Shown: positions 20,777-30,723 of the stretch, piece by piece | How positions within the stretch are numbered: the first letter of the stretch is position 1 | Layout of the letters: each line of letters starts with the position of its first letter | DNA from: an uncultured Chromatiales bacterium | GTDB lineage: Bacteria; Bacteroidota; Ignavibacteria; SZUA-365 | Direction: 5' to 3' | Assembly (NCBI GenBank): GCA_964448285.1 | Contig: CAYUWG010000008.1 | Coordinates: 18,645-82,644, forward strand | DNA length: 64,000 nucleotides | Notes under the pieces: generated by a model | Told to the model about the DNA's origin: nothing | The model's database searches: none | Seen by the model: only the letters and a program-made list of their open reading frames with translations | Translations under genes and position numbers: made by a program

Positions 20777-23700
20777 GATTTTCAGCCGAATGAAGAACTC
20801 CGTGAAATCGCCTTCTTCCGTCTCAAACCACAGATCGCCGCCGTGAAGTTGGACGATAATATCGTAGCTGATCGAGAGACCGAGACCGGTTCCTGAGCCT
20901 GTCGGCTTTGTCGTAAAGAAAGGCTTGAAAATCTGGTCACGATACTCTTTCGGAATCCCAGGTCCATTATCCCGGAATGAAATGAGAACCGCACCATCCT
21001 CGAGCCGGGTCGATACGCGTACTTGAGGTACGTAGGAATCCCGACGCTGTCGCGCTTTTTCGAGAACCGCATGAAATGCATTCGTCGCCAGATTGAGAAA
21101 GACGCGGCTGATGTCTTCCGGGACTAAGGTTATCCGGGGAATGTCCGGCTGAAACTCCTGGATGAGATCGATCTCCACCAGGCGCATCTGACTGCGAATG
21201 CTGTTGAGCGCAAGCGTGATGCTCTGCTCGACCAAGCGGTTGACGTCCTCGTACGAGGGTTCGCCTTTCTTCAAGCGTGAATGCTGGAGCATCGAACGAA
21301 TGATCGATGAAGCGCGACTTCCATGTTCGGTGATGATCTTGCTGTTGCCATGCAGGGTTTCGAGGAGAGGAGCCGTTCGTTCAAAGATGGATCGGTGCTC
21401 TCGAAGTTCACCTTCCAGATCCCTCAGCACTCCTTCATTGATGGATGCGAAGTTCGTCACAAAGTTCAGGGGATTCTGGATCTCGTGCGCGATCCCCGCT
21501 GTGAGAGCGCCGAGCGATGCGAGCTTTTCCTGCGTGATCATCTGTTGTTGGGTCGTGATGAGCTTTTTGTTGGTCGTCTGAAGTTCATCGTTCACTATTT
21601 CCAGTTCTTCTTTCTGACGGTTTATTTGCTGTGCCTGATGGTGGAGTTGCTCGGTACGCTCCTGGACACGCGCTTCAAGCTCCTCTCTGTGTCGTGAGAG
21701 TTGCAGCGTTCGGATTTTGACGATAACGAAAACAAGCAAGAGACCTGCGAACGTGTAAAGGAAGTACGCCCACCACGACTGCGTCCATGGCGCAAGGATC
21801 TGAATCGTGAATCGCGCTTCACTGCCTTCCCTTCCGAATGCATCCCTGCCGCGAACGCGGAACGTGTAGGTTCCCGGCTGAAGATTCGTGTATTCCTTAC
21901 TGGTTTCCGTCGTCCAGGGTGACCACTCGGATTCGAAACCTTCGAGCAGATACCGATAGCGCGTTCCTTCGGGCCTGAGAAAGCGCAATGCAGTGAACTC
22001 GAAGCGGACGGAGTTATAGCGATACGGAATGTGCATGACGCTGTCTCGTGTATCGTTCCCGTGAAATACGAGTGAGTCTTTCCCGATTCGAACGGAGCGG
22101 ATGAGGGTTGGAAAAAGCAACCGTTCCGATGATGGGATGTTCAGATCGTATTGCAGAATATCAGCGGCACGTCCGAACCAAACCGCTTTGTCGGCATCGC
22201 TGTAAATGGTGTAAACCAGACCCTTAGGAACCAATGCAAAAGGCTCGGCAACAGGAGTTACGGTCCAACCGGGGTTAAAGGAAGCAACAGCCGGCTGCGA
22301 GTGCGACCAGCAGTACATCCAGAGACGCTTTCGGTTGTCCTCCAGCATGGGAAATATATTTACGCGAATCGTATCCCTGTGGACGTGATCGATCATCGGC
22401 TCCGGAATGAATCGATTCTTCGTTTCATCGAAACGATAGAGTCCATCGTTTGTCGAAAAGATCGTGCCTTGCGAAGTGTGAAGAACGAATACCGATGACT
22501 CTTCATCGGGCAAGCCATTCCACGAATGCGACCTTGGAGCGGAGGACAAAGGTGAAGAACCGCTGAGGTTGAGAAGGATCGGTGGACCAAGCATTGAGCC
22601 AAGCCAGATTTTCCCGTCCTGCTCTTCCACGATCGTATTGATTGGGATACCTAGATTCAGAAAATCGCCTCGTTGCCAATGACGGTCTCGCAATTTGAGC
22701 GTCAGGAATCCTTCGTTCGTTCCGACATAGCAGGTAGCAGGGTCGCGCCGGGACTGAAGGATGGTATGGAGATTAATATCAGTCGCAGGGATAGTGGTCC
22801 ATTTCCCTTCATGCAACTGCTTGACCCCTCTGTTTGAAAGCACGAGGAGATGCTTTCCCGTTGAGAGGACATCCCAGACGCGGCCATGCAGTTCCGGTAT
22901 CGGCTCCCAACTCATTGTGAAATGCTGTGGTTGGTGACGTGCTAAAGCGGGACTATACTGATAAACGAACAGTCCTTCAGTTGTCCCCGCGTAGAGAAGG
23001 CCTTCATGCCGCGCAAGAGATGTGATGCTGCCATGAAGACCGATTTGTCTCGTGTGTAACGTAATTGGGGAGACGATCTCGACTAAAGCGATTCCATCAT
23101 AGGTCGTTGTCCAGAGTCTTTTATCCTGATCGAGAAACAGCTTTGTCGTTGCATCGGAACAGAGTCCGGTAGCGGTGTTGATATGGGTGACGAGGCGACC
23201 TTTCGCATCGATATGAACGATACCCCAGTGCGTCGTTCCAACTGCGATATCTCCATGAGGGAGCGCGACAGCATAGCGCGGATTCCCCCATCGCAAACGG
23301 ATGTTCACTTGTTCGGAAAGCGCTGTGAGATTATCCCCTTCTAAAATCTTCCAGGCATTTTTGATTTTCACGAGCAGTTTCGTGGAATGGTGGATGGGCA
23401 GCGGTGGCACTTCGAGCGTATGTTTGATATGCTGATCAACGAACGTACCGTTCTTCAATCTGAAGAGCGCGGGTTTCTTCTCGATCACCATCAGAGTCTG
23501 ATTGAAGACCGACAAATCATCGAACCCGAATGACGACCTCCAGGATTTGATTTCTTTGCCTGTCCATTGAAAAAGCGTCTTCGCGCTTAGGAAATAGACG
23601 GATGAACCGAGTACCGCGATATTCCCGACCTGTTCGAAATTCGTGAGCGAGTCCGGTATGGAAGGAAGGAGCGACTCGATGAAGATGCGCCCTGACGAAT

Positions 23701-24055
23701 CGATGCGCAACATGCCAAAGTCACCATACATCCCGACGTAGATAGTTCCAGCGCTATCCATCGCAAGGGAATAGACGGGAGTCTGGTTCGGCGCCGCGAT
23801 GAGCCGCCAGGTGACGCCATCGAACTCGAGCAAGCCGCTCGTATTACCGATATACATCACGCCTCTCCGATCCTGGAGTGCGCAGAAGTTTTGTGGTGTT
23901 TCTCCATAGTCTGTGGAGAGGAAATTCCGGATGAGTGGAATGCCGCGTTCCCTCGTTTCCTCATGTCTCTGCTGTCCCTGAGTTCTTTGCAGAGAGAAAA
24001 GCATGACCAAGCATACGAGAGTGAACAACGGCTGAATCGAAACGAGAGAGTGCAT
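20762..24055 (-). CDS. sensor histidine kinase with periplasmic two-component-regulator propeller / Y_Y_Y domains
   Basis: N-terminal signal/TM followed by long beta-propeller-like repeats. A Y_Y_Y-like region ([16 protein letters not shown]) and TM precede a coiled coil. H-box [16 protein letters not shown] is present. HATPase_c motifs ([20 protein letters not shown]) are present. No receiver domain. Confidence 0.8.
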   Translation of the reverse strand: MHSLVSIQPLFTLVCLVMLFSLQRTQGQQRHEETRERGIPLIRNFLSTDYGETPQNFCALQDRRGVMYIGNTSGLLEFDGVTWRLIAAPNQTPVYSLAMDSAGTIYVGMYGDFGMLRIDSSGRIFIESLLPSIPDSLTNFEQVGNIAVLGSSVYFLSAKTLFQWTGKEIKSWRSSFGFDDLSVFNQTLMVIEKKPALFRLKNGTFVDQHIKHTLEVPPLPIHHSTKLLVKIKNAWKILEGDNLTALSEQVNIRLRWGNPRYAVALPHGDIAVGTTHWGIVHIDAKGRLVTHINTATGLCSDATTKLFLDQDKRLWTTTYDGIALVEIVSPITLHTRQIGLHGSITSLARHEGLLYAGTTEGLFVYQYSPALARHQPQHFTMSWEPIPELHGRVWDVLSTGKHLLVLSNRGVKQLHEGKWTTIPATDINLHTILQSRRDPATCYVGTNEGFLTLKLRDRHWQRGDFLNLGIPINTIVEEQDGKIWLGSMLGPPILLNLSGSSPLSSAPRSHSWNGLPDEESSVFVLHTSQGTIFSTNDGLYRFDETKNRFIPEPMIDHVHRDTIRVNIFPMLEDNRKRLWMYCWSHSQPAVASFNPGWTVTPVAEPFALVPKGLVYTIYSDADKAVWFGRAADILQYDLNIPSSERLLFPTLIRSVRIGKDSLVFHGNDTRDSVMHIPYRYNSVRFEFTALRFLRPEGTRYRYLLEGFESEWSPWTTETSKEYTNLQPGTYTFRVRGRDAFGREGSEARFTIQILAPWTQSWWAYFLYTFAGLLLVFVIVKIRTLQLSRHREELEARVQERTEQLHHQAQQINRQKEELEIVNDELQTTNKKLITTQQQMITQEKLASLGALTAGIAHEIQNPLNFVTNFASINEGVLRDLEGELREHRSIFERTAPLLETLHGNSKIITEHGSRASSIIRSMLQHSRLKKGEPSYEDVNRLVEQSITLALNSIRSQMRLVEIDLIQEFQPDIPRITLVPEDISRVFLNLATNAFHAVLEKARQRRDSYVPQVRVSTRLEDGAVLISFRDNGPGIPKEYRDQIFKPFFTTKPTGSGTGLGLSISYDIIVQLHGGDLWFETEEGDFTEFFIRLKISDQT

Positions 24056-24144
24056 TTTCTCCGATGGTGTGTTGTTTTCATCTGAACTTCCGAATAATGG
24101 CGCTATTATTCAAGTGAGATATTCGAAAACGGGTTGAGTACAAA

Positions 24145-24582
24145 TCATAGTGCGTTCAGCGCTACGGATTCATCAACCAAAGCAGGAGACAGCGATTCGT
24201 TTTTTCGTTCAGCGAACCTCGGACCTGTAATCCGAAATCTCCGATGTCCATGTTCGGTGTCGTGAAAGCGTTCTCGCTGATTCGCGTTTCTCTCATCACA
24301 CCGATGAGAAGAAGAAGGGACCTCGTCCAGCACGTCCGGCCCACCATAGAAGATGTAGAAATTACGGTATTGCACGTCGCCAGCACCCACGTCATCCCAA
24401 CCATCGCCTATGATGTCACCCAACTCCAAAAAAACTTGTCCTAGCTGCTTCGCGAGTGGGTATGGTTCATCTATGGAAATGATCGTATTGAGGCCGGGCT
24501 GGGCGTTTTACTGCGCCACTCCCACCACTAGCACAAAGCTCACCAAGGCAGCTTTCATCAATCTCATTTTCGAATTCGTCAT
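24145..24582 (-). pseudogene. remnant of an FG-GAP-like secreted repeat protein, interrupted by an in-frame TAA
   Basis: Signal peptide MTNSKMRLMKAALVSFVLVVGVAQ, then a stop, then in the same frame GDIIGDGWDDVGAGDVQYRNFYIFYGG, an FG-GAP-like calcium-binding repeat. The fragment is short and truncated. Confidence 0.3.
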
Positions 24583-24967
24583 GGGTTGTTCCTTTCGGTT
24601 TGTTCCGGTTTCAGTCTCCGCACAGCATATTGCTCGTGTAAGACAAAGGAAACAGGGATGTGGATACAGACTGGGGAGTGAGAGAAGCCTTCCTAATACT
24701 AAAGCCACTCGAATGGGGCAGAAGGTAACACCACATCCAAAATTTTTTTCAGCGGACTCCAGAACCACAGGATAACAGTCATTCCGAACTCGTTTCGGAA
24801 TCCGCAGTGGGCAGCGTTCAGAGATAATTGTGAGCGCACTTGCGGCTCCCGAAAACCAAGAAATACAACTTCTGACCTTTGCTTAACAACATCGTGAGAG
24901 AATCGTGACAACCCGGTTCGTTCATAAAGCTTTCTTGAAGGTGAGAACTTCAACAAGGATCACCCTC

Positions 24968-25564
24968 ATGAAACAGACAACGAACAACCAGGAGAAAACC
25001 GAAAAGCGGATCTCGCGTAGGATGTTTCTTTCTGGTGCCTCGCTCACCGCGGTGAGTCTCGTCAGTGGCTGCACGCCGCTGAAGATTCTCTTCAAAACCT
25101 ATCCAGGAGAATTCGACAAGAAGTCGGATGTTCGAGAGCGAACACTGCGGGCTTTCGCCCTCACCGTCGTACCGGGGATCTCCGAAAGAACACCGCATCT
25201 CACCCGCATGTTGACGGACGCGGACTATCCGTTCCATGAATATGCGGGATTCTTCGCTTCAGATCTCTGCAGCAGAACAATGGATCTGTACGGTCATGAC
25301 CGTTTCGATCTCCTTGAATACGAATACAGAGTATCGGTCATACAGGATGGGTTGAACGCCGATGGCACAACCGTAGAATTATTTCGTGGCGCGATTTATA
25401 TGACGAAGATCGCACTGTATGCAGGCATTTACGATGCCGATCGTGGTTCCCTGTTTATTGATTTCCCCGGCACGAACAACGGTTTCACGCTCGAAGAAAT
25501 GTGCTATCCGAACAATGGCGATTTCTTCCCCAAGCCACTCACGCGAAATGGAATACCATCATAG
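24968..25564 (+). CDS. GMC oxidoreductase small subunit (gluconate 2-dehydrogenase subunit 3-like), Tat signal
   Basis: Twin-arginine motif SRRMFLSGASLTAVSL. It lies immediately upstream of the GMC flavoprotein gene. Confidence 0.55.
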   Translation: MKQTTNNQEKTEKRISRRMFLSGASLTAVSLVSGCTPLKILFKTYPGEFDKKSDVRERTLRAFALTVVPGISERTPHLTRMLTDADYPFHEYAGFFASDLCSRTMDLYGHDRFDLLEYEYRVSVIQDGLNADGTTVELFRGAIYMTKIALYAGIYDADRGSLFIDFPGTNNGFTLEEMCYPNNGDFFPKPLTRNGIPS

Positions 25565-25574
25565 AGAGGTTGAC

Positions 25575-27143
25575 ATGCAGATCCTAACGACAGACGTACT
25601 CATAGTTGGAAGCGGTTTCGGTGCTGCAGTCCCAGCGCTCCGACTCTGCAACGCGGGACTGAACGTCCTGATGATCGAGAAAGGACCGGACATCGATCCT
25701 CAGCGCGATCTCAAACAGACACAGGATCCCCAATACCTTATGAAGTATCTCAAAGGTCTGGGAGCCGAATCTCTCGGTTTTACCTACGCGGAAGGATTGG
25801 GTGGAGGATCAACGTTTTATGAGATGGTCTGTCTTCGCGCTCCTTCAAAGGTCTTCGATCAAACTGATACTCATGGTACCCGCTATTGGCCAAAGAACAT
25901 ATCCCGTTCAACGATGGATCCATTCTACGCCAAAGCGGAGCGAATGATGAACGTCCATCAGATTCCCATGGATCGTGTTCCGAAAACAGGTGCGGTGTTC
26001 GCGCGCTTATTCATGGACCTCGGATACAGTTGCGACCGCGCGCGGTATGCTTCCAAAGATTGTATCGGTGCGGGGTTCTGCGTCACCGGATGCATCTTCG
26101 GAGCCAAGCAGTCGCTCCATGAAAATTATCTTCCTCGGGCGAGGGAGGCCGGGCTGAACGTCCGCACAAATCTTGAAGCGCTTTTCATTCGACCGCTGAC
26201 AACGTCCCTCACTGTTGAAGATCGAGAGATGAACGCAATTCCACTTCGGTATGAAGTCTTCTGTCGGGATCCTGAAACCGGCGAAGAGATCGGAATTCAG
26301 ACACGATTGCTCATACTCGGTGGAGGAACGGTTGGCACCGCGAAACTCCTGCTCAATTCAAAGACGAATCTTCCACGATTGAGTCCGCATGTTGGCCGCA
26401 ATATTGCGTTCAATGGCAGCGTGAAAACCGTCGGTTTGCTCGCACCGCATCTTCCTGACGGTGACATGTTCACCGGACAGTCACATCCGGGCGTCATCAG
26501 CTATGAGTTCTTTGATTCACATGGTGTGACAATCTCCTGTGCGAAACCTCTGCCGATCGACGTTCAGGCCTCGGCGCATCTCGTTCTTGAACATGAAACC
26601 CGAACACCGGCAAAATGGGGTTCTGTTCATCTCGAACTCATGAAGCAATTCCGACGTCGGATGATCGTTCTCTATGCTCTCGGGCTGACTCCGCCAGTCG
26701 CGGAAATCCGTCGCTCGGGTGGAGGCAGGTTCTCCGTTGAATTGAATCTGACGGATTCGATCAGAACATACTACCACGACACAAAGGAGATGATGAACTC
26801 CATTCTGAGACGAAACGGTTGTTCGATCATCATTCCGAAATTTGTCACCTACGAAGGGAAGGAGTACGAAGATATCCGCTTCACGACGACGCATATGGTC
26901 GGTTCGGCGAGAATGGGAGACAATCCGCACAAAAGCGTAGTCGATGCAAATGGGGAGATGCATTTCTATCCCGGCATTTTCGTCACGGACGGAGCCGCTA
27001 TTCCAACATCCCTTGCTGTGAACTCCGCTCTGACGATCACGGCCAATGCCGAACGCATTGCTGAGCAGCTCGCGATGGATTATGGCCGTCAACCAATTAT
27101 TGAAGTCAACACTCGTACAGCTCGTAGCGGAGTCGGAGAATGA
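25575..27143 (+). CDS. GMC family FAD-dependent oxidoreductase
   Basis: N-terminal DVLIVGSGFGAAVPALRL (GxGxxG FAD fold). About 520 aa with the C-terminal GMC_oxred_C-like region (HMVGSARMG...). Confidence 0.75.
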   Translation: MQILTTDVLIVGSGFGAAVPALRLCNAGLNVLMIEKGPDIDPQRDLKQTQDPQYLMKYLKGLGAESLGFTYAEGLGGGSTFYEMVCLRAPSKVFDQTDTHGTRYWPKNISRSTMDPFYAKAERMMNVHQIPMDRVPKTGAVFARLFMDLGYSCDRARYASKDCIGAGFCVTGCIFGAKQSLHENYLPRAREAGLNVRTNLEALFIRPLTTSLTVEDREMNAIPLRYEVFCRDPETGEEIGIQTRLLILGGGTVGTAKLLLNSKTNLPRLSPHVGRNIAFNGSVKTVGLLAPHLPDGDMFTGQSHPGVISYEFFDSHGVTISCAKPLPIDVQASAHLVLEHETRTPAKWGSVHLELMKQFRRRMIVLYALGLTPPVAEIRRSGGGRFSVELNLTDSIRTYYHDTKEMMNSILRRNGCSIIIPKFVTYEGKEYEDIRFTTTHMVGSARMGDNPHKSVVDANGEMHFYPGIFVTDGAAIPTSLAVNSALTITANAERIAEQLAMDYGRQPIIEVNTRTARSGVGE

Positions 27144-27454
27144 TGACGGTCTGTGTCCCGGGAGCCACGGGATTTATCGGAAGCCGTGTCGTTCGATTGC
27201 TTCCACAGCGTGGTCACTAGTTGCATTTGTTCGTGCGCTATCCGGAGAAGCTGGACGGTGACGCACGAAGGGCGAGGAGAATCTTCGTCGGAGACCTTTG
27301 CGATCCCGGTATCATCCGCGAGGCGATGCGGGTATGTGACACGGTGATCCACCTTGCCGCACAGGCGAAGGTCTGGCTCGCCAATCCGTCATATTTCGAA
27401 CGCTTCAATGTGGACGGGACTCGAACCGTTGCCGAATGTGGAGAAGAATTGTAA
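27140..27454 (+). pseudogene. NAD-dependent epimerase/dehydratase (SDR) N-terminal fragment; internal TAG and 3' truncation
   Basis: MMTVCVPGATGFIGSRVVRLL Rossmann motif. There is an in-frame TAG at 27218-27220. The frame then continues (LHLFVRYPEKL...DTVIHLAAQ) and ends after about 100 codons, just upstream of abiEi. Confidence 0.5.
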
Positions 27455-27513
27455 AACTGCATTATCGTGCGTAGTATGTCCTCGAACTATGGACTTACTG
27501 TGCAGAAATCAAC

Positions 27514-28179
27514 ATGATTGGACAGATCGATGCGTTGACGCTCCGTGATCGCATCCCCCAGGAAGAATTCGATTACCAGACGCTTCTCCACGCTCTTCAG
27601 GAATATGCCCGGCCGCGAAACCGCATCACCACACTGCTGAGCGAAGGAAGTATTCTTCGTGTGAAGAAGGGCTTGTACGTTTTCGGTGAACGACTTCGCA
27701 GGCATCAGGTATCTCGTGAACTGTTGTCCAATCTCCTGTATGGCCCGTCGTACGTCTCCCGTGAATATGCTCTGTATTATCATGGATTGATACCGGAACA
27801 GGTGCCAACTCTCACTGCAATGACAACCGGCCGCGCCCGGAGTTTTCGAACACCTCTTGGCCTGTTTACCTACTCGACGCTTCCTTTGCCGGGTTATGCG
27901 GTCGGAGTGACCCTCGCCGTTGCCGATGAGAAAAGTTTTTTCATCGCCTCTCCGGAGAAAGCGCTTGCAGATCTGGTGTACACGACAGCCGGGCTCCAAT
28001 TGCGCTCGCGGTTGGACGTAGAACGATTTCTGTTCGAGGACCTTCGCATCACGTCCGATGAAATCCCGAATATGAATTCGCAGACGCTACGGGAAATCTC
28101 CCGATCGACAGTTTCAAAGCGGGTACGATATCTCGTCGATTCCATCGAGCGATATCTCGTCGGAGCGACTTATGCATGA
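27514..28179 (+). CDS. abiEi: AbiEi antitoxin-like transcriptional regulator (type IV TA)
   Basis: The N-terminal segment (TLRDRIPQEEFDYQTLLHALQEYARPRNRITTLLSEGSILRVKKGLYVF) is typical of the AbiEi_4 family. It overlaps the downstream abiEii by 8 nt. Confidence 0.65.
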   Translation: MIGQIDALTLRDRIPQEEFDYQTLLHALQEYARPRNRITTLLSEGSILRVKKGLYVFGERLRRHQVSRELLSNLLYGPSYVSREYALYYHGLIPEQVPTLTAMTTGRARSFRTPLGLFTYSTLPLPGYAVGVTLAVADEKSFFIASPEKALADLVYTTAGLQLRSRLDVERFLFEDLRITSDEIPNMNSQTLREISRSTVSKRVRYLVDSIERYLVGATYA

Positions 28180-29038
28180 AGCCGTTTTGACTATGCTTGG
28201 AAAGTATGACCTCAGTACGCGGGACTCCGCTATTCATGCGCTGAGGGAGGTACTTCAGGAAGTTGCTCTGCTGGGACTCTGGCGAGCGCGTTTCTTCGAA
28301 CACGCTGCGTTTTACGGTGGAACAGCCCTCCGTATTCTTCACGGTCATGAGAGATTTTCGGAAGACCTTGATTTTACACTCCTGCAACCCACGCCGGATT
28401 CTACTCTCTCCAACTACTTTTCCGCATTGACGTCTGAACTCCTGTCATTGGGTTTCGGCGTTACGGTACAAGCGAAAGAAAAAAGAAAGTGGTCAGCGAT
28501 ACAGTCCGCGTTCCTCAAAACCGACACCAGGTCGCATCTCCTTGCGCTATCAGCGCAGCAGAGAATCGTCGATACCGTTGCACCGAATCACGTTCTGAGA
28601 ATCAGGTTGGAAATCGATACCAACCCACCGGGTTATTTCAAAACGGAAACCCGCTTCCTCTTCCAGCCGATTCCTTTCTCCGTACGCAGTTGCAGTCTGC
28701 CCGATCTCTTTGCAGGAAAGATGCACGCCGTTCTTTGCCGTGAATGGAAAACCCGAGTCAAGGGGCGTGATTGGTACGACTTCGTTTGGTTCGCAGGCAA
28801 TCATCCTGATCTCCATTTGCGACATCTCGAAGAACGGATGAAGCAAAGCGGGCACTGGGAAATGAACAAGACGCTGACGGAATCTTCATTTCGCGAACGG
28901 CTTTCCACTCGCATTGAATCACTCAATATCGATGCAGCGCGATCCGAGGTCCTTCCTTTCATTCAGAATCCCGACGGTGTATCCATATGGTCGAAGGAGT
29001 TTTTCCATGCCGCAGCACGACGAATACACTGCGTATAA
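28172..29038 (+). CDS. abiEii: AbiEii/AbiGii family nucleotidyltransferase toxin
   Basis: GGTALRILHGHERFSEDLDF nucleotidyltransferase motif and a length of about 288 aa. Confidence 0.75.
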   Translation: MHEAVLTMLGKYDLSTRDSAIHALREVLQEVALLGLWRARFFEHAAFYGGTALRILHGHERFSEDLDFTLLQPTPDSTLSNYFSALTSELLSLGFGVTVQAKEKRKWSAIQSAFLKTDTRSHLLALSAQQRIVDTVAPNHVLRIRLEIDTNPPGYFKTETRFLFQPIPFSVRSCSLPDLFAGKMHAVLCREWKTRVKGRDWYDFVWFAGNHPDLHLRHLEERMKQSGHWEMNKTLTESSFRERLSTRIESLNIDAARSEVLPFIQNPDGVSIWSKEFFHAAARRIHCV

Positions 29039-29187
29039 ATCATTCAGCCCAACGATGCAGAATACATAAACGACGAAGTGTCAAGCCGTAGCGTGCAGAA
29101 CTCAACATGATCGCACAGTCCGTTGCGGTGAAGCACCTTGAGCTCACAGGCGAGGCTGAGCGACGAGGTGTCGAGATCGGGTTCGTT

Positions 29188-30540
29188 CTATTTCACGCGA
29201 TACAACAACCGCGTGCTCACGTTCCCGTCGCCCGCTAACCGGTAGAAGTACAGGCCGCTGGGAAGGTCATTCACATCGAGAGTGATGGAGTGCTCACCGG
29301 CATTTATCGAACCGTGAGTGAGCGTTTTCACACGCCTTCCGAGAATGTCGTACAAGCTCAGATCGATGCTCGCTTGTAACGGAATCCCATAGCGGATTAC
29401 CGTCACGCCGCTTCCGGCAACCGGATTGGGATAATTCTGATCGAGAAAGAAATTCATGTGCGTTGGAGCGGCGGTGACTTCAACGGGCATCTCCGCCAAT
29501 GCGTAAAGTCCCGTATCCCGCGTTGCGATGAAGATCGTATCGCCATACCAGTGTTTGATGATGCCGGTAATCTTTGAAAAGGGCATCACGAAGATCGGCA
29601 TCCACGATCGACCCGCATCCACACTGCGAAAGATGGAGTCTTGAGTAGCAGCGTAAACGCGGGATCGATGTGCAGGATCGTATGCAATACTGATAATACT
29701 TTTCCCGGTCATCGTCATCGTCCAGTTGCGGCCACCATCGATGCTCTGATACACGCCACAGTGTACTTTGGAAGTGTCTGCCTGGGCTGATGTTCCAAGC
29801 ACAACTGTGTCGCCCAGTGCGATGAACTGGTAATCGTCAAAATTCCTGTGGGTTATCACTCCAAGCGAATCCCATGAGATATCGTCATCACTCGAAAAGA
29901 AACGGAATTGTGTTCTATCCCAAGCTCCCGTTTGTACACGATGCCGAATCAGAGGAGACCGGGAAGGATGATGAAAGTAACCAGCCCAAAGGTTCGTTCC
30001 GATCCATGTTTTGCCGTTGTCGATACTCTTCAATACTCCTCCCGATGGGACCTCAGGCATGTTTCCGAATCGGTAAACTATCGCCGTGTCACCGATGAAA
30101 AAGGAAGGCTCATGAAGACCGAACCAATCCCAGAACTGCCGATGAGGATTCATGATACTCTGGTAATTCGGTAACGTGTACGCACCCGTTGCAGGCTCAT
30201 ATCCCCCTCCCATGTTCGTTGCATGGATAGCACTCATGAAAACTGTCGAGTCGTCGAAAAGGGAAAAGCGAGCCATCGTATAGATGGTGTTCACGAAACC
30301 GGCAGGGACATGAGGTTCGCTTGGCAAGGAATAATTCCACGTCCGTTCGTAGTAGAACGCGATCCCGGCATCCGACACCGCGACGAAATCGGAAAGCTGT
30401 CCCGGCCGGAATTTCACATCGAAGTAGAGAATGTCATTCCATTTCGTCCTGTCCGGGCCGAGGAATCGCAATTGCTGGGCAGAGGCAAATCCCGTAAAAG
30501 CGAAACAAAGAAGAAGTAGTGTTGAAATGCGTGTGATCAT
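29188..30540 (-). CDS. BNR-repeat protein with T9SS C-terminal sorting domain
   Basis: Signal peptide MITRISTLLLLCFAFTGFASAQ. BNR motifs SIDNGKTW, SIDGGRNW, SVDAGRSW. The C-terminus (ITLDVNDLPSGLYFYRLAGDGNVSTRLLYRVK) is a type-A Por secretion CTD. Confidence 0.65.
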   Translation of the reverse strand: MITRISTLLLLCFAFTGFASAQQLRFLGPDRTKWNDILYFDVKFRPGQLSDFVAVSDAGIAFYYERTWNYSLPSEPHVPAGFVNTIYTMARFSLFDDSTVFMSAIHATNMGGGYEPATGAYTLPNYQSIMNPHRQFWDWFGLHEPSFFIGDTAIVYRFGNMPEVPSGGVLKSIDNGKTWIGTNLWAGYFHHPSRSPLIRHRVQTGAWDRTQFRFFSSDDDISWDSLGVITHRNFDDYQFIALGDTVVLGTSAQADTSKVHCGVYQSIDGGRNWTMTMTGKSIISIAYDPAHRSRVYAATQDSIFRSVDAGRSWMPIFVMPFSKITGIIKHWYGDTIFIATRDTGLYALAEMPVEVTAAPTHMNFFLDQNYPNPVAGSGVTVIRYGIPLQASIDLSLYDILGRRVKTLTHGSINAGEHSITLDVNDLPSGLYFYRLAGDGNVSTRLLYRVK

Positions 30541-30723
30541 GAAAGAAGATCTCCGTCCGTTGTTACCAGAACTTCGACAGAATAGACATGAATTCAAACA
30601 CCGAAATGCAACCGCGGACTTCTCCAACGGGCAGCTCAACTCTCGAGGTGTTAGATTGTTATCTCAAGTGCGAGCGAACGCACAAATCCGTAATCAGAAA
30701 TCCGTAATCCGTAATCCCCTCCC

